Part shown: in pieces, positions 42,061 to 56,694 of the stretch
Numbering within the stretch: the first letter of the stretch is position 1
Layout of the letters: every line of letters starts with the position of its first letter
NCBI GenBank assembly: GCA_964016885.1
Contig: OZ024743.1
Span: forward strand, 337,900,001-337,964,000
DNA: 64,000 bases
Origin: Eledone cirrhosa
Lineage: Eukaryota
Direction: 5' to 3'
Program-made: the position numbers and the translations under genes
The notes under the pieces: model-generated
Told to the model about the DNA's origin: nothing
What the model saw: the letters and a program-made list of their open reading frames with translations, nothing else
The model's database searches: none

Positions 42061-45000
42061 CAAGTAGGACCCCGACGGCTGAGCTCAAGCCGTTTCGACG
42101 GCTAATTCTTGACTAAATGAAAATTTTTAGTAAATAAATAGCCGAACTTCTCGGGGGGTAATTCCATATATGGGAAGATAGTAATTGTCAAAAGGATTGG
42201 TCAAAAGTTTGTTGTAAAGACAGTTGATTCTATCATTGCATTTAGTGGGAGGTATGGGTAGCTGAACTTAGAGGGAGTGGAGGAAACCCAGTCAAGCGTT
42301 GAAAGTGACAACTACAGCAGATTCTAAGGATAGTGTATCGAAAAAAGTATACTAGAGAAGGGGAGGGGAGAGGAAGTTGAAACAATAAGTAAATCTAAAT
42401 GGAGTAAATATATAGAAAATATAAAAAATATAAAAAATATTTTTAAAAAACAATTTCTGGTTACTAGGCCCCTTCCACAATCATCAAATCTAACACTGGT
42501 ACTGCTAAGCTATAGAAAAGTTTAGAGGGCCAACATACTAAAAAAACTAATACGAAATAATAATTCAGAATCCCGAAACTAATACGAAATATTAATTCAG
42601 AATTCCGAAACATGAATACTAATACGATATATATAAGTACTGCTACAATACATAAATTCTAATACAATCTACATAAATACTCATACAATATATATAAAAA
42701 ACTAATACAATATATATAAATACTGCTACAATAAATAAATTCTAATACAATCTAGATAAATACTCGTACAATATATATGAAAAACTAATACGAAAAATTA
42801 ATTCAGAATCCCAAATAATAAATACTGATATACGAGAAACTAAAGCAGAAATACCACTAAGAAATCTAGAAATCACGGAAATGGGGCAGCAACCAGAGAA
42901 GAAAGCAAGTATCTGGGGTCTAGCACATCTGCTATAAAAAGCGGAATCGGCCAATTCTATCATAAAATAAGGGGGGTGGGGTACTGAGGCTACAGAGGAC
43001 CGAAGGTCTGCATCGGGGTGGGCGAGAACGTGAAAAGAACGACGACAAAGAAGGAGATCTGGGGTGGAAGGACTAGGAAGGGATGGGGGAAGAAGGAAAT
43101 ATAGACGAAACGATAAAAATATATAAAAATATATATATATATAAAAAAGTTACGTCTACCTTTGTAAGCAGGGGTTACCCCTTACAAGGTCGGCAAGTGG
43201 GGTGTTTCAGCCCTTGTCTATCCCCCCCCCCCCCCCCGGGGTCATTATGGGGTTTGAGGGCGAGGTAAGTCCACGCAATCTGTGTTTGCATGCAGTTACC
43301 AGTTCGTCTTTCTTGTTTAGGAGTTGGTCCGTCGAAAACAGCATTTGTAATGTTTCCTCCGAGCATAAGTTACACGGACGGCGTCCTCCCGTGTAAGAGT
43401 TGGCTCTGGACAGTAAGCTCCAAGTGAGATTATAGGTTATATTGTATCTTTGAGGTCCCAGGTGTGGCCCGAAAGTGTAGTGGCGTGACGCCGGGCCGGG
43501 TTTCGGAAAGTATGTCGGTGTTGGTATAGCCGGGTCTTGAAGTCACAAGCGGTTAATCCTATATAAGCTTTGTTGGAGGTGTCCGTCCTCACGTTGCACT
43601 GGTAGATCACATTACGATCTCTGCATCTGTTATCGAGGGGGCAAAGGGATCCATCAGGACAGTTACACTTCCTGGTCAGCTCTCCACTGCTATCTAGGTT
43701 ATTTCTTCCAGTTTTTTGTTGTTAGAGGAGACGATCTTTTGTGCAAAGTTAGGTGTGGTGTTGTAGGAGAGTTTGATGGTATTTTTGTTGATTATGTTGT
43801 GGTAACGGTGTTGTAGTGGGAAGTGTTTTTCGATAAGCCTAAAGAAGATTTTCCCGATAGGTGTTGTCACCTCGGAATTGTGGGGAGGATTGAACCACGT
43901 TACGTTGCGTGAGCGGCGGTGTCGCCTGCTGGTTCCGCTAATGGAAGCTGGACAATATGATATTTCCTCCCGAAGCCACTCCGCTTGAGGGCCTGGTTGT
44001 AATAAAGCGCATGTTCCTCGAATATCTGCTCATTAGCGGACAAACGAGATATGCGGAGGGAGATGTTTTTAACCAGGTTATTGGTGATCTTTCTAGGATG
44101 GTTCGACCGGCGGTGGATGTAGTGCAGGTTGTCGTTTGGTTTCCTGTATGGATAATACAGATCGTTATCGAGGTTAAGGGTAACGTCCAGGAAGTTTACT
44201 CGGGTTAGGGACGTTTGTAGGGTTATTTTAAACCCCCAGTCGCGGAAGAAGCTGATTAATTGTTTACGGACCCGGTCTGTACTACTGGGGTTGTACCCTC
44301 ATGACGGTACAATCCACCGCCGAATGCAGGAAACATATCGGTGAGTTTAAATAGTAGGAATAATCCTATAAGATATGTGACATCAGCCGAATCGGTCGCG
44401 CCCATACTGACGTCGAAGGGGGAATCGGGAGCTCTCTTTATCCATTTGGAGTTGTCGAAAAGTAGGACTGTCTTCCTGGCGTGGAGGATGATATTTCTTT
44501 CCTGGTCGCTGATAGGCGCAAGTGTCTCGGCAAAGTCCAAGGCGGCCGTAAGGAGCGGTAAGGTAATTGGAGCATAGTAACTCTCTATGTCAAACTGGAT
44601 GAATTTTGTGTCTCGTTTGTCCTCCATACTGCTGAACCATGAGATTACTTCCTGGGTGTTGACCCATAGGCTAAGTCTGGCGTTTTGCTTAACTTTTGGT
44701 ATAACGCGGTCTAGGATTTTTTACTGATTCTCCCTATGTCGGACTTCGTTGGGTTTAATAAGCGTGATAGACGGTTTACGGTCGAAGTCGGATTTGTGGT
44801 CCTTCAGTGTGAAGTAGGTGTTCCGTGCGGTCGGCGACTCTGAGGCTGGAGGTAATTTGTTGTCCATCTCGATTTATGTCCTCGATGCTTGAGTGGTTAG
44901 CCTTTTTAAAAGTGGAGTTTAGGCTGCTCCTGATCAGTGTGTGGTATCTGTCAGGGTTGACGAAGTAGAGGTTACCAGTTTTATCCGAGTGCACCATGAT

Positions 45001-45429
45001 GTCATTCGTGTTTTCATACTCTGTTAAATTGCTACGGAGTTTTTGTAGGAATCTGTTGTGTCTGGGTTTGAATTTAATGCTCTTGACCAGTTGGAAAAGG
45101 TCATTCTCGAGGGGTGAGAGCATAGGCTTCGGAGGGGGAGATTTGTAGGTATTAAATCCGAATCTCTCCTTGGTATCGAAGTCCTGATTGTCGCAATATC
45201 TGTCGTAGAAAAAAGTTCTCCATCTTAGTCTTTTCGCAAAGAGGTCGATTTTTTGCGTGAGCATCCGAAGGTAGAGTTTTCTCGGTGGGACTGGGATATT
45301 CTTGGTGGAGAAGTCGATGTTGTGTTTTCGGATGGTGCGGGTGAAAAAACTTGAGCTTAGCGGAAAAGTCTGGATAAGGCGTTATCTAGCTCCTATTCCC
45401 GTAGTAGAGCACTTTCCGACCCTACCACG

Positions 45430-45433
<4 letters not shown>
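42058..45433 (-). mobile_element. Degraded near full-length PLE (PLE2), same clade as PLE1; parent of family A
   Basis: FSTKNIPVPP..KRLRWRTFF, HSDKTGNLY, IQFDIESYY, FDVSMGA, catalytic motif mutated to YRHEG, GIY-YIG remnants at ~43240-43680. Multiple frameshifts. ~1.1-kb 3' UTR with tandem repeats, ending in an HHR-like fold at 42069-42159. Confidence 0.9.
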
Positions 45434-45475
<42 letters not shown>

Positions 45476-45479
<4 letters not shown>

Positions 45480-46548
45480 TAAAATATGTCTTTAGAATCA
45501 CTAGATATAATATATACCATTTCCTCTCCCAATTAGTATAATTAACCATATGAAAAATCAATTAGACCAATCTATAAGAATAAAAGTTCCTATGAAGAAA
45601 TCTTCGACAAATAACCGAAAGCAGCCCCTTCGCGGTGGCTACAATAGATTATTTATCTAACATTTCGACAGCATGTAAAAATCGACCAGATATACAGTCA
45701 ACTAAACACAATTAGGTGTAAAATTGAACTTAGAAGAATTGTGTACATACCAAATTACCTCTACCATGGTTTCATCCGTATTTTAAGACATCCGATAACA
45801 AGGTATGTCCAGAGCTTCGGAATCATCAGGAGCGAGCTCAAAATAAGACATTTAATTTTCCAAAGTGATCGCGCCAAAAATACATTCAAAAATGGCTAAG
45901 AATCGTGACGTGGCGGTCAAGTTAGAAAGGATGTGATTAGTTGCTTACGGCTTATTGCTAGAAAGCGCAGCCTAATATCGCCAAATTGTATCTCAACCTA
46001 ACGGGAGATTATTACATATAAAGATTTACATATATATATAAAGTCATAGATATATATGTGTTTTGCAACCGGTCACGTTGTGGCTCAATGAGAAATTAAT
46101 AAATTAAATTAAATAATCAGAGCTATATATCATAAAATATGTCTTTAGAATCACTAGATAAATATATACCATTTCCTCTCCCAACTAGTATAATTAACTA
46201 TATAAAAAATCAATTAGACCAAGCTATAAGAATAAAGGCTCCTATGAAGAAATCTTCGACAAATAACCGAAAGCAGCCCCTTCGCGGCGGCTACAATAGA
46301 TTATTTATCTAACATTTCGACAGCATGTAAAAATCGACCAGATATACAGTCAACTAAACACAATTAGGTGTAAAATTGAACTTACCATGGTTTCATCCGT
46401 ATTTTAAGACATCCGATAACAAGGTATGTCCAAAGCTTCGGAATCATTAGGAGCGAGCTCAAAATAAGACATTTAATTTTCCAAAGTGATCGCGCCAAAA
46501 ATACATTAAAAATGGCTAAGAATCGTGACGTGGCAGCGATCAAGTTAT
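45476..46548 (-). mobile_element. Retrozyme-like ~653-nt partial tandem repeat with hammerhead
   Basis: 45476-45925 is repeated from 46129. HHR cuc-CUGAUGA-uuccg..cggau-GAAA-ccaugg-UA-gag at 45759-45832 (-); the second copy has a deletion and a CUAAUGA core. Confidence 0.72.
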
Positions 46549-47120
46549 GTATATATATATATTGGCTGGCTTACCGGTCGCAATCTTAAATTTGCAAAGC
46601 TGTCTAAACGTAATGTTATTACTCTAAGGTAAAATACCTTATTGAGTGCTTAGCTGCACATTCCGATTGCATTCGTTAGCTTACCTGCAGCCAGATCTTC
46701 GATTATGCTGAACTTCCATTATTATTATCTCCTAGACTTAATGATTAATTGATTAATTTAATTAGACAATTCTATTGATTGGTTAATTATTTATGTTTGT
46801 TTAATAACGTCTGGTCGAGAGCTTTATTCGGTTTGTTGAAAGGAATTTATTCCTTTGCTCAAAACTTGAATTATGACCGCCAAAAACCGGGGGTTACCTC
46901 TCTTTGGGAAAACCATGTGTCCGCTAGCAGTGCTTACTGCTATAACTCACAACCGGCGCGGCAGAGAACGGATGTTGAGAAAGTGAAACCTGTTCGATCT
47001 TCCAAAATCAATAACTTGCATACCCCGCAAGTGGATTTTGTTGATTTCGGTTCACAGATACCTAGCGGAGATATTGCATAATATCGACGCGATGGTCTAG
47101 ATTTGTCAAATTACCCTGAG

Positions 47121-47778
47121 TCATTTCCCACTCTTAGTACGGCTGTTACTTAAATATAAGTATGTACACGTACATACATATATGTATACAGACGTACAGT
47201 AGTATGTATATATATATACATACATGCATATATATATATATGTATGTATGGATTCACCGAACATTTATTATAATGCTCGTTGTGTTTTGTAAATAAACAT
47301 CCCGTATTAAGCCGTAGTGTCTAGTAACCATTGTTGCTCGTTTGTTCAACACTGACAAAGGAACGCTGTACTAGTTTCAAGCGTATTAGCTATCGTTTCA
47401 TAATTTCCGTTTATCGTTTTCGGTGCACCCGGCCGGTTAACCCACTCGATATGCAAATTGGGCTACTCAGCCGTTAATATGCATAAGGTAAGTATATACG
47501 TGCAACAATCTGGCAGGAAGGTATACGTTGCTGACGATGGCTAATAAACTTGAAACTAGTACAGCGTTCCTTTGTCAGTGTTGAACAAACGAGCAACGAT
47601 GGTTGCTAGACACTACGGCTTAATACGGGATGTTTGTTTACAAACACACCGAGCATTATAATAAATGTTCAGTGAATGCATACGTGCATATATATATGTG
47701 TGCATGTATGTATATAAATATACATACTACTGTACGTCTGTATACATATATGTATGTACGTATAGATACTTATATTTA
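47121..47778. mobile_element. Fold-back copy of the ~418-nt HHR unit
   Basis: 47121-47396 in one orientation, ~47405-47778 inverted; homologous to 5133-6415. Confidence 0.85.
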
Positions 47779-47798
47779 TATATATATATATATGTATG

Positions 47799-47911
<113 letters not shown>

Positions 47912-48050
47912 ATGTGTATGTATATATATATATCACATATTTCCTGAATGATCCTACTTGTCTCTACCTCTTTTCCAAAGGATTCATTCTATCGTCTTCC
48001 ATCTGTTTGTTGCTAATTATCTTCACCACCTCTCTCCTCCTGTCTCTCCC

Positions 48051-48084
<34 letters not shown>

Positions 48085-48393
48085 CCACTCATTCACTTAC
48101 TCATTGTTGCCCTTCTCTGTCTCTTCAAATCTAATTCATCCCATTTCTTCGTTTTCACCTTATTTCGCAACTAGACTTCTGCTTCCCGCCCCTCTTTCTC
48201 ATTCTGTCGTTCAATTCTCTCTCTTGCTATGTCTCTACACCTTAGTTTATCTTTTGCTCGCCCCACCTCTTTCTCCCCACCCCCTCTCTACTTTTCGCTG
48301 TCTATCTCATGATACCACCACTTTTTCTTGGAATTCAACTGCTTTTAAAAATATATATTCCTGTCACTCACCTTTGCCAAGATTCCAACTCTC

Positions 48394-48485
<92 letters not shown>

Positions 48486-48642
48486 AAAACCTAATTCAGG
48501 TAGAAACGCCTTATGTTTCTACTTTGGAAAATGAAAATGGAAGAAAGATGAAGATATGTACGTCTGTATAACACACACACACGCACGTGTGTGTATGTAT
48601 AATTACATATGTATACACACACATACACATACACATACAAAT

Positions 48643-49140
<498 letters not shown>

Positions 49141-49143
49141 AAT

Positions 49144-49778
49144 ATATTGTTATACTTTGGGAGGGTCATGTTGCCAATAAGAAACACATGCACTATATGT
49201 TGCTTTCACTTCAATTTATTATAAATTTCCGGTTGGTTGGTTGGTTCTATAACCGGATGGTTGTTAATATATTGTCAAAGGTCTTTCGTCACACATTCTG
49301 TGACCTCTTCAGTGACTGGGGATTATTTTCTTTATTTTGTGCCTCTCCTTTGTTCTGTCCTACGCCATCTTGTTTCTGTGTGTGTTGTGTGCTTAGTTTG
49401 CGCATGTGTTACATCCGGGTGTCTGTGTGTGTTTTTATTTGTTTATTTATTTATTTATTTACATGTTACTAATTGGTTGTTTGTTCTATGTGTGTGTGTT
49501 TTCATTTTGTCCTTAATTGTAAGTTGTGATGTTGCTATTCCATTCATGTTTTCTATTTAATATTGGTTGGAGTTCATTTATGTTTATTGCCTCTCTGATT
49601 TGTCTAAACATTGCGTCTTTTCTGTGTGTAGATTCTATTTTTATTTCTATGTTCTCTAATTTGCCCTTATGTTCTATTTTAGCATGTTGGTGGAGTATTG
49701 ATGAGTCTTTTCTATCTTGGAGTTCTCGCCAGTGTTCATTTAATCGTTCTCCTATGCTACGATCTGTCTCACCATGAT
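49144..49778 (-). mobile_element. 5'-truncated PLE (PLE5): GIY-YIG C-terminus plus pLTR
   Basis: HGETDRSIGERLNEH..SILHQH..H..RQIREAINI..LNRKHEW matches the PLE endonuclease consensus; CUGAAGA-ggucaca..ugugac-GAAA in the 3' end. Confidence 0.85.
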
Positions 49779-50157
49779 GAACTAAAGAAAATGATTGCAC
49801 ATGCGGTGGGGCCCAGTGAGCTGGCAAAAATGAGTTGTACTTGTAACTGAAGGATCTGACCTTGTCACACATTGTGTCACGCTGAATCTTCCAGAGAACT
49901 ACGTAAAGGGTACACGTGTCTGTGGAATGCTTATCCACTTACACGTTAATTTCACGAACAAGCAGTTCTGTTGATTGAATCAACTGGAGCACTGACCGAC
50001 AAAAGCGACAGAGGTCCAACAATATTGATTGACCTCGAACGGATGAAAGACAAGGATGACCTTGACGTGATTGGAACTGAAAGAGCAGAGAGTCGGAACT
50101 AATACCGTGACGTATTCTGTCCAACATTCTTATAACCCTGCAACACGCTACCTCTCA

Positions 50158-50230
<73 letters not shown>

Positions 50231-50696
50231 TGTGTATTTAATATTATTGTTAGCGGAAGAAAAGCAATAATACTTTCCGCATTAGCGGAACCTCATTTGC
50301 CAACATAAGCAGACGACAGTAGAAAGAGTGAGACTTGTAATGGTGGTGGCAGTGGTGGTGACTGGAGTGAGATAAATGAAAGATAGTAGATGCTAGAAAG
50401 ATGGAAGAGAGGGAGAAATAGACAGAGGGGTGGAGATAGATAGATAGATAGATATGTATGTGTGTGTGTGTATTTCTTCCTGAGAAATGCAGACACACAC
50501 ATACATATATATAGACACACATGCACACTCATACACATGCACATTCATACAGATATATATACACACACACACGCACACTCACATATATATATATATATAT
50601 ACACATGCACACTCACACATGCACACTCACACGCACATGCACATATATATACGTACACACATATACATATATAATCACACACACACACACACACAC

Positions 50697-50738
<42 letters not shown>

Positions 50739-50877
50739 TTCATACATATATATATATATATATACACAGCAAATCAAGCGATAGGAATCTAAAATATTCG
50801 AACCTACGTGTAGTAAGGTGCAACTTTCAAGCAATCTGGGAGATTGCCAGTATTTTGACATCAATTATTCACTCGTT

Positions 50878-50969
<92 letters not shown>

Positions 50970-51386
50970 GCTGGTGGTGGTGGTGCTGGTGGTGGTGCTG
51001 GTTTTGGTGGTTTTGATGGTTGTAGTAGTAGTGGTGGTGGTGGTGGCGGTGGTAATAGTTGTAGTGGTGGTAGTAGTAGCAGTAGTTGTAGTAGTACTAG
51101 TGGTAGTGGTGGTGGTGATAGTTGTGGTGGTGGTGACGGTTTTGCTGGTTGTGTTGGAGGTAGCAGTAGAGTAGCAGTGGTGGTGGTGGTGGTGGTAGTA
51201 GTAGCAGTAGCTGTAGTAGTTGTTGTTGTTGTTGTAGGTACTGCAGTTGTTTTGTTGGAGTTGTAGAAGTAACTGTTGTAGTTATTGCTGTTTTAGTTGT
51301 AGTAGTAGTTGTTATAATTCTAGTAGTTGTTATAGTTGTAGGTGTAGTTGTAATAATTATGATAGTTGATTTTCTTGTAGATCTTT

Positions 51387-51420
<34 letters not shown>

Positions 51421-51430
51421 TATTGTTGTT
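50878..51430. repeat. (GTA/GTG/GTT)n trinucleotide tract
   Basis: Visible period-3 repeat. Confidence 0.9.
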
Positions 51431-51899
51431 TTAACGCCACAAAAAAGTGACTATTTCCTCCAATTTGCTTCCTTTTTAGTATATCATTCGTTTGTTTTTT
51501 TAATTTTTTTAGCATCTTTTACCACCTTCCTTCTTCTTCTTCTTCTTCTTCTTCTTCTTCTTCTTCTTCTTCTCGGAGAAGTTTCATTCAGTTGAAACGA
51601 TGGAAAATGGCGATGAACGCCAAAAGCATCGGCAGAGCTTTCAAACAAAATTAACCTGTGATATCTAGTTCTGATTTCAAAAACCTGCTGGGATCGGATT
51701 TCTCTTTTTACTTTCCGGGGACAATAAACTAAAGTCTCAACGAAGAACGTATATATAAAATGGCTCTAATCCCCTCGCAGTCATAGAAGTTAATGGATAT
51801 TGATTCTTATTCTGTGGACCCGTAATCCTGATGGAGACGTAGTCAACACTGTAGTGACATACGGCGTTTCTCAGGCCATTTAAATTAGTGAAATTCATC

Positions 51900-53000
51900 T
51901 CCTCTCCAGGTCTGAACACAGCCAATTTCTTTCAAAGAAGGAGACAGGAAAGGAGTGGAAGAGAGGAAATATTGACCCCAGTACTTGACTGGTACATTTT
52001 ATCGACCTAGAAAGGATTGAAAGGTACAGTTGACCACAGTGGAACCCATCCCCTCTCCAGGTCTGAACACAACCAATTTTTTCCAAAGAAGGGGAGAGAA
52101 AGGGAGTGGAAGAGAGGAAGTATCGACCCCAGTACTTGACTGGTACATTTTATCGACCTAGAAAGATTGAAAAGCATAGTTGTCCTCTATGGGATTTGAA
52201 CTCAAGAACGAATACCACCACAAAGCATTTGATCCGACTTTCTAACAAATCTTCCAATTCACATTCTATAGCTATAAATAGAAATCATTTTGACTGTTTT
52301 AGGGTGGTGGATGGGCAGAATCGGTAGAGTGTCGGAGAACATGCTCAGAGGTATAGAGTTGCGGCACTTTACGTTCTGAGTTCAAATCCCGTCGAGGTTA
52401 GCTTTGCCTTTCCTCCTTACGGGGTCGATAAAATAAAGTACCAGTAACGCACTGAGGTCGATTTAATCTACTTTCCCATCCCCCAAATTGTTGGTCTTGT
52501 GTCACGATCAGAAACTGTTTCAGTTCTTTTTATTTGAAATCGAATCTCGTCGAGGCCAACTTTGCCTTTCATTCTTCCGGTGTCCATAAAATAACTGGTG
52601 TTGGCTGGATTATACTCCCCTTCCCCCAGATTGTTGGCTTTCTAACAATGTTAGAATGTTTATATGTATATGTTATGTGGTGTGGTAAATAAATATATAC
52701 ATATGTCTGAACAAAATGGAATAAAATTCCCATTGTCACTGCCTTCGTCTCTCTCGCTCTCCCCATCTCTCTATATTATAAGTAAAACGGTGGGCACCCC
52801 GCGGCCCGGCGGACAAAATAGAGAAAGATTATTACTGATTTGGGCTTTTTATTTGAGTTCAAATTTCCCGAAGATCAACTTTGCCTTTCATCCTTCCGGT
52901 GTCGATAAAATAAAGTTCCAGTAAAGTACTTCTATCCTTATAAATCGACTTTCCCCTCTCGTCACAAATTGCTGGCCTTGTGCCTAAATCAGAAACCATT
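51900..53000. mobile_element. Cluster of ~5 SINE copies in both orientations
   Basis: Minus copies at ~51955-52055 and ~52100-52265 (local duplication); plus copies at ~52302-52518, ~52530-52645, ~52850-53000. Confidence 0.75.
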
Positions 53001-53264
53001 ATTATTGTTCGTGTTTCTGTTGCTGTCGTCCTCCTCCTCCTTTTTTTTTCTTCTCACTTCTATTTTACTACGTTCAATGTCCTACCACCATCTTAATTAA
53101 AACGAAACTCCTCTAGTTTATTTCTTCTCTCCCTGCTTCATTTTCTTCATCTATCATACTTTCCCTTTTTTTTTACCTTGTCTTTTTCCCTCTACCTGTT
53201 ACTTCTTTTGATCTCTCTCTCTCTCTCTCTCTCTGGTTTTGTCTGTCTATCTTTCTCGCTCTGG

Positions 53265-53322
<58 letters not shown>

Positions 53323-53464
53323 TCTACGTATTCTTTGTCTTCTTCTTCCATCCCTTCTCTTACCATAATCTATATTTTTCTTTATTAGTAACACCCGTAT
53401 TCTATCACAATCCTAAGCTACTCCTACTTACTGTCGTTTTGTTGTTATCTCCTCCTTTTTATTC

Positions 53465-53713
53465 ACCACCACCATCACCACCACTACCACCACCACCACC
53501 ACCACCACTAATACCACTACCACAATCACAACCACCACTACCACCACCACCAACACCAATACCAACATCACAACCACCAACACCAATACCACTACCACCA
53601 TCACAACCACCATCACCAATACCACCACCACCACTACCACCACCACCAATACCTCTACCACCATCACAACCACCTCCACCACCACCACCACCACCAATAC
53701 AACCACCACTACC
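53465..53713. repeat. (CCA/CTA/TCA)n trinucleotide tract
   Basis: Visible period-3 repeat. Confidence 0.9.
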
Positions 53714-53912
53714 TTAACCCATTATACCGATAAGCCAAAAGAAATAGGTTATTTCCCGGATAAGAAGTTTTCGGAGATATGTTTATGTAGCTTAGATAGT
53801 CTTAGATAGCAAAAGTGTAATTAGACCATAAAATCTATCTCTCGTACTTTTCTATACACTGCGATTCGATCGGTATATTTTTATAGAGTCTTCAACAACT
53901 AATATAAACGGG

Positions 53913-54246
<334 letters not shown>

Positions 54247-54540
54247 AGGTGGTGACCACAGAAAAAAAGTTACTCAATACGTTAGTAGAGTATAGACAAT
54301 CTTATTTTATTATAGAAATGATTTCTACCAGACTAGCATTGTTTAATTCGTAAGAAATCATCAGGACTTTCCTGATGATTTCTTAAGAATAAAACACCTC
54401 TAGTAGAAATCATTATTTCCAAATAAAATAAAGACACCTACACTCTACTAACGTATTGAGTACTATTTTAACTATGATCACCTCCCGATACCCATCGAGA
54501 ATCCACCCAGAATTATATATATATAATGTATGTATGTATG

Positions 54541-54767
54541 TTATCTCTTTTTCTTAATTTCGAGTATATTTTTTTTTTGACCGGCCACCTTCCTGGTGGC
54601 AAGGTTGTAACAGAAAAGAAATTGTCATCCCTTGAATCGCAAGAATGTTTTGCAAATTTTGAAGGTGCCAGCTATCGCAGCCATTTGTAGACTATGAATT
54701 AGGGAGCTGCGCTTTTTGTCCGCAAATCAAAGTTCAGTCATACTTTGGTCCAAGCGGGTTGGTATAG
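54541..54767 (-). mobile_element. 3' fragment of an R4/Dong-like RLE non-LTR retrotransposon
   Basis: Minus-strand translation ..SLIHSLQMAAIAGTFKICKTFLRFKG* resembles the RLE-element C-terminus; (ATGT)n on both sides. Confidence 0.5.
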
Positions 54768-56694
54768 TATGTATGTATGTATGTATGTATGTATGTATGT
54801 ATGTATGTATGAAAGGTTAACAGCACACAGTATCCCCCTCTTAGACTAGATGAAACACGTGTAATGTGCGGAAAAGTCAACATCTGGTCTCAGGCGACAC
54901 ATGGCAGTGCACAAAGATCACATCCCACAAACAGATCCAAATAATCTTCTATTAATAAGTCATAATTGTCTCAAACCATGCAGATCTACAGCAGGACAGA
55001 ACAGACACTTGAAAGGTCAAGGACAGAGAGATAATGATGATGGTGGGATCAAGAGATCACAAAGAGACGCCAATCATCTGTGAAGGTCTCTAGAATATAT
55101 TTCAATATTTTTCCTTAAAATTGAAATAAAATCTTAAATTCGTTGTAACGATGAAAGTCCTATCTCTTTCTATGCGTTACGAACACTTTTTCGAACCCGT
55201 CCTGTTGTTGTTACTGTTGTTGTTTTTGCTGTTGCTGTTGTTGTTGTTGTTGTTGTTTTTCCTCCTTAGGTTCTGACGAGGAGCGTTCAAGTTATATGAT
55301 CAACGGAACGTGAAATTAAAGTGTAAGTGGCTGACTATTCCTTATAGTAATTTTAATAGAGATTCAGTTTGGTCCATTATGGCATTTCAATGGGCCTTAG
55401 AAATACTTGGCAGTGCCCATCTCCTCTCCAAGCGTCCAGTTGTTTAGATTGCCAGCAGATGTAGTTATTGGGCTGTGTCTGAAAATCACTAAAGAACCTT
55501 ATTTTAAAGGTGATGACCACAATTCGAGCGTAAAACAAAATAAAACAAAACCCCTATATTTACTGATCCAGATGTGCCCATCACAAATAAAAAGATGTTT
55601 ATCTCGTCGTAACGTTCTATGAAGAAAAAAAATAACAAAATACTGCTTCTTTGATCAGCTCGTTTTTCTCGGTCTTTTTCTTTTCTTTTACATCAACCAT
55701 AATATATCACATGTTGGCACCTGTCAATTTTCACAGGTGAGAAAAGCATATGTTGCAGAGATACTGTTTTTTTAAACTAAGAACATTGCTAGGCTATTTC
55801 AATAAATACCAAACAGATTCAACTGAACATCACCTATAGTTTATTTTGGTACGTACAATTTCTTCCTTTAAACTACAATATTTTAGTTTAGTTAGTGACC
55901 TGTCGACCTTATCTAAATATATCACGAATTCTTTCGAAATTAGTTCACCGAATTTTTTTTTTTTAATAAAGAATAAAAGAACCAGGTTCGAACCGTCATT
56001 CAATCAGTTAAGTTCCCGTAACTCTTGCAACCGGTCGTTGGGGTGTCACTCTAGACGTTTAACTGCGCGTCCATCATTCTTAGCTTAAAGTTAACAGCTT
56101 CAACACAAGTTTTTGATTAAGAACAATAGTCTAACAAGTTAGACATAAAAGACTTAGGAAGTTTTGAGACACGTCGAAGAGAGGTTAAAAATGGAAGAAA
56201 AATGAGTGTGACATACTGTGATGAATTATCAACAAATTAGATCGATTGCCTATCAAATTTATATTCTATATGTCTTTAATTTATTAATTTTTGTTTCTTT
56301 TGTAAATAATTTATTGAATTTTCATAATTAATTAAATAAATAATGAAAACAAAGGCGAAAGAGGTAAAGAAGGGCAGATCTGGCTGTATAGGAAAGTAAA
56401 GGAAAGGACTATAAATGTTTTAAATGAGAAGAAAAGGAAGGAAAGAACAAGGAATATTAGACCACGAAAGAAAGAGAGGGGGAGGGGAGAGGGTGACAGG
56501 ATCTACGCCTAAGTCGGGACGGTGTTTCAGCTGCGCCCCGCGGACAAAATTGCAAATTACCAAATTTGAATTCTTAAAATTCTGCTTGTATCTACAATAT
56601 TCTAGCAACTTCCATTCATTTTTATATTTATATATTTATATTTTATATTTCATATTTTATATTATATTTTATGTTATATTTTTTTTATTCCGGG

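Noticed and set aside
51570-51665. Possible minus-strand exon after a cag acceptor
   Set aside because: The peptide is unrecognisable, runs into a (GAA)n tract, and has no partner exons.
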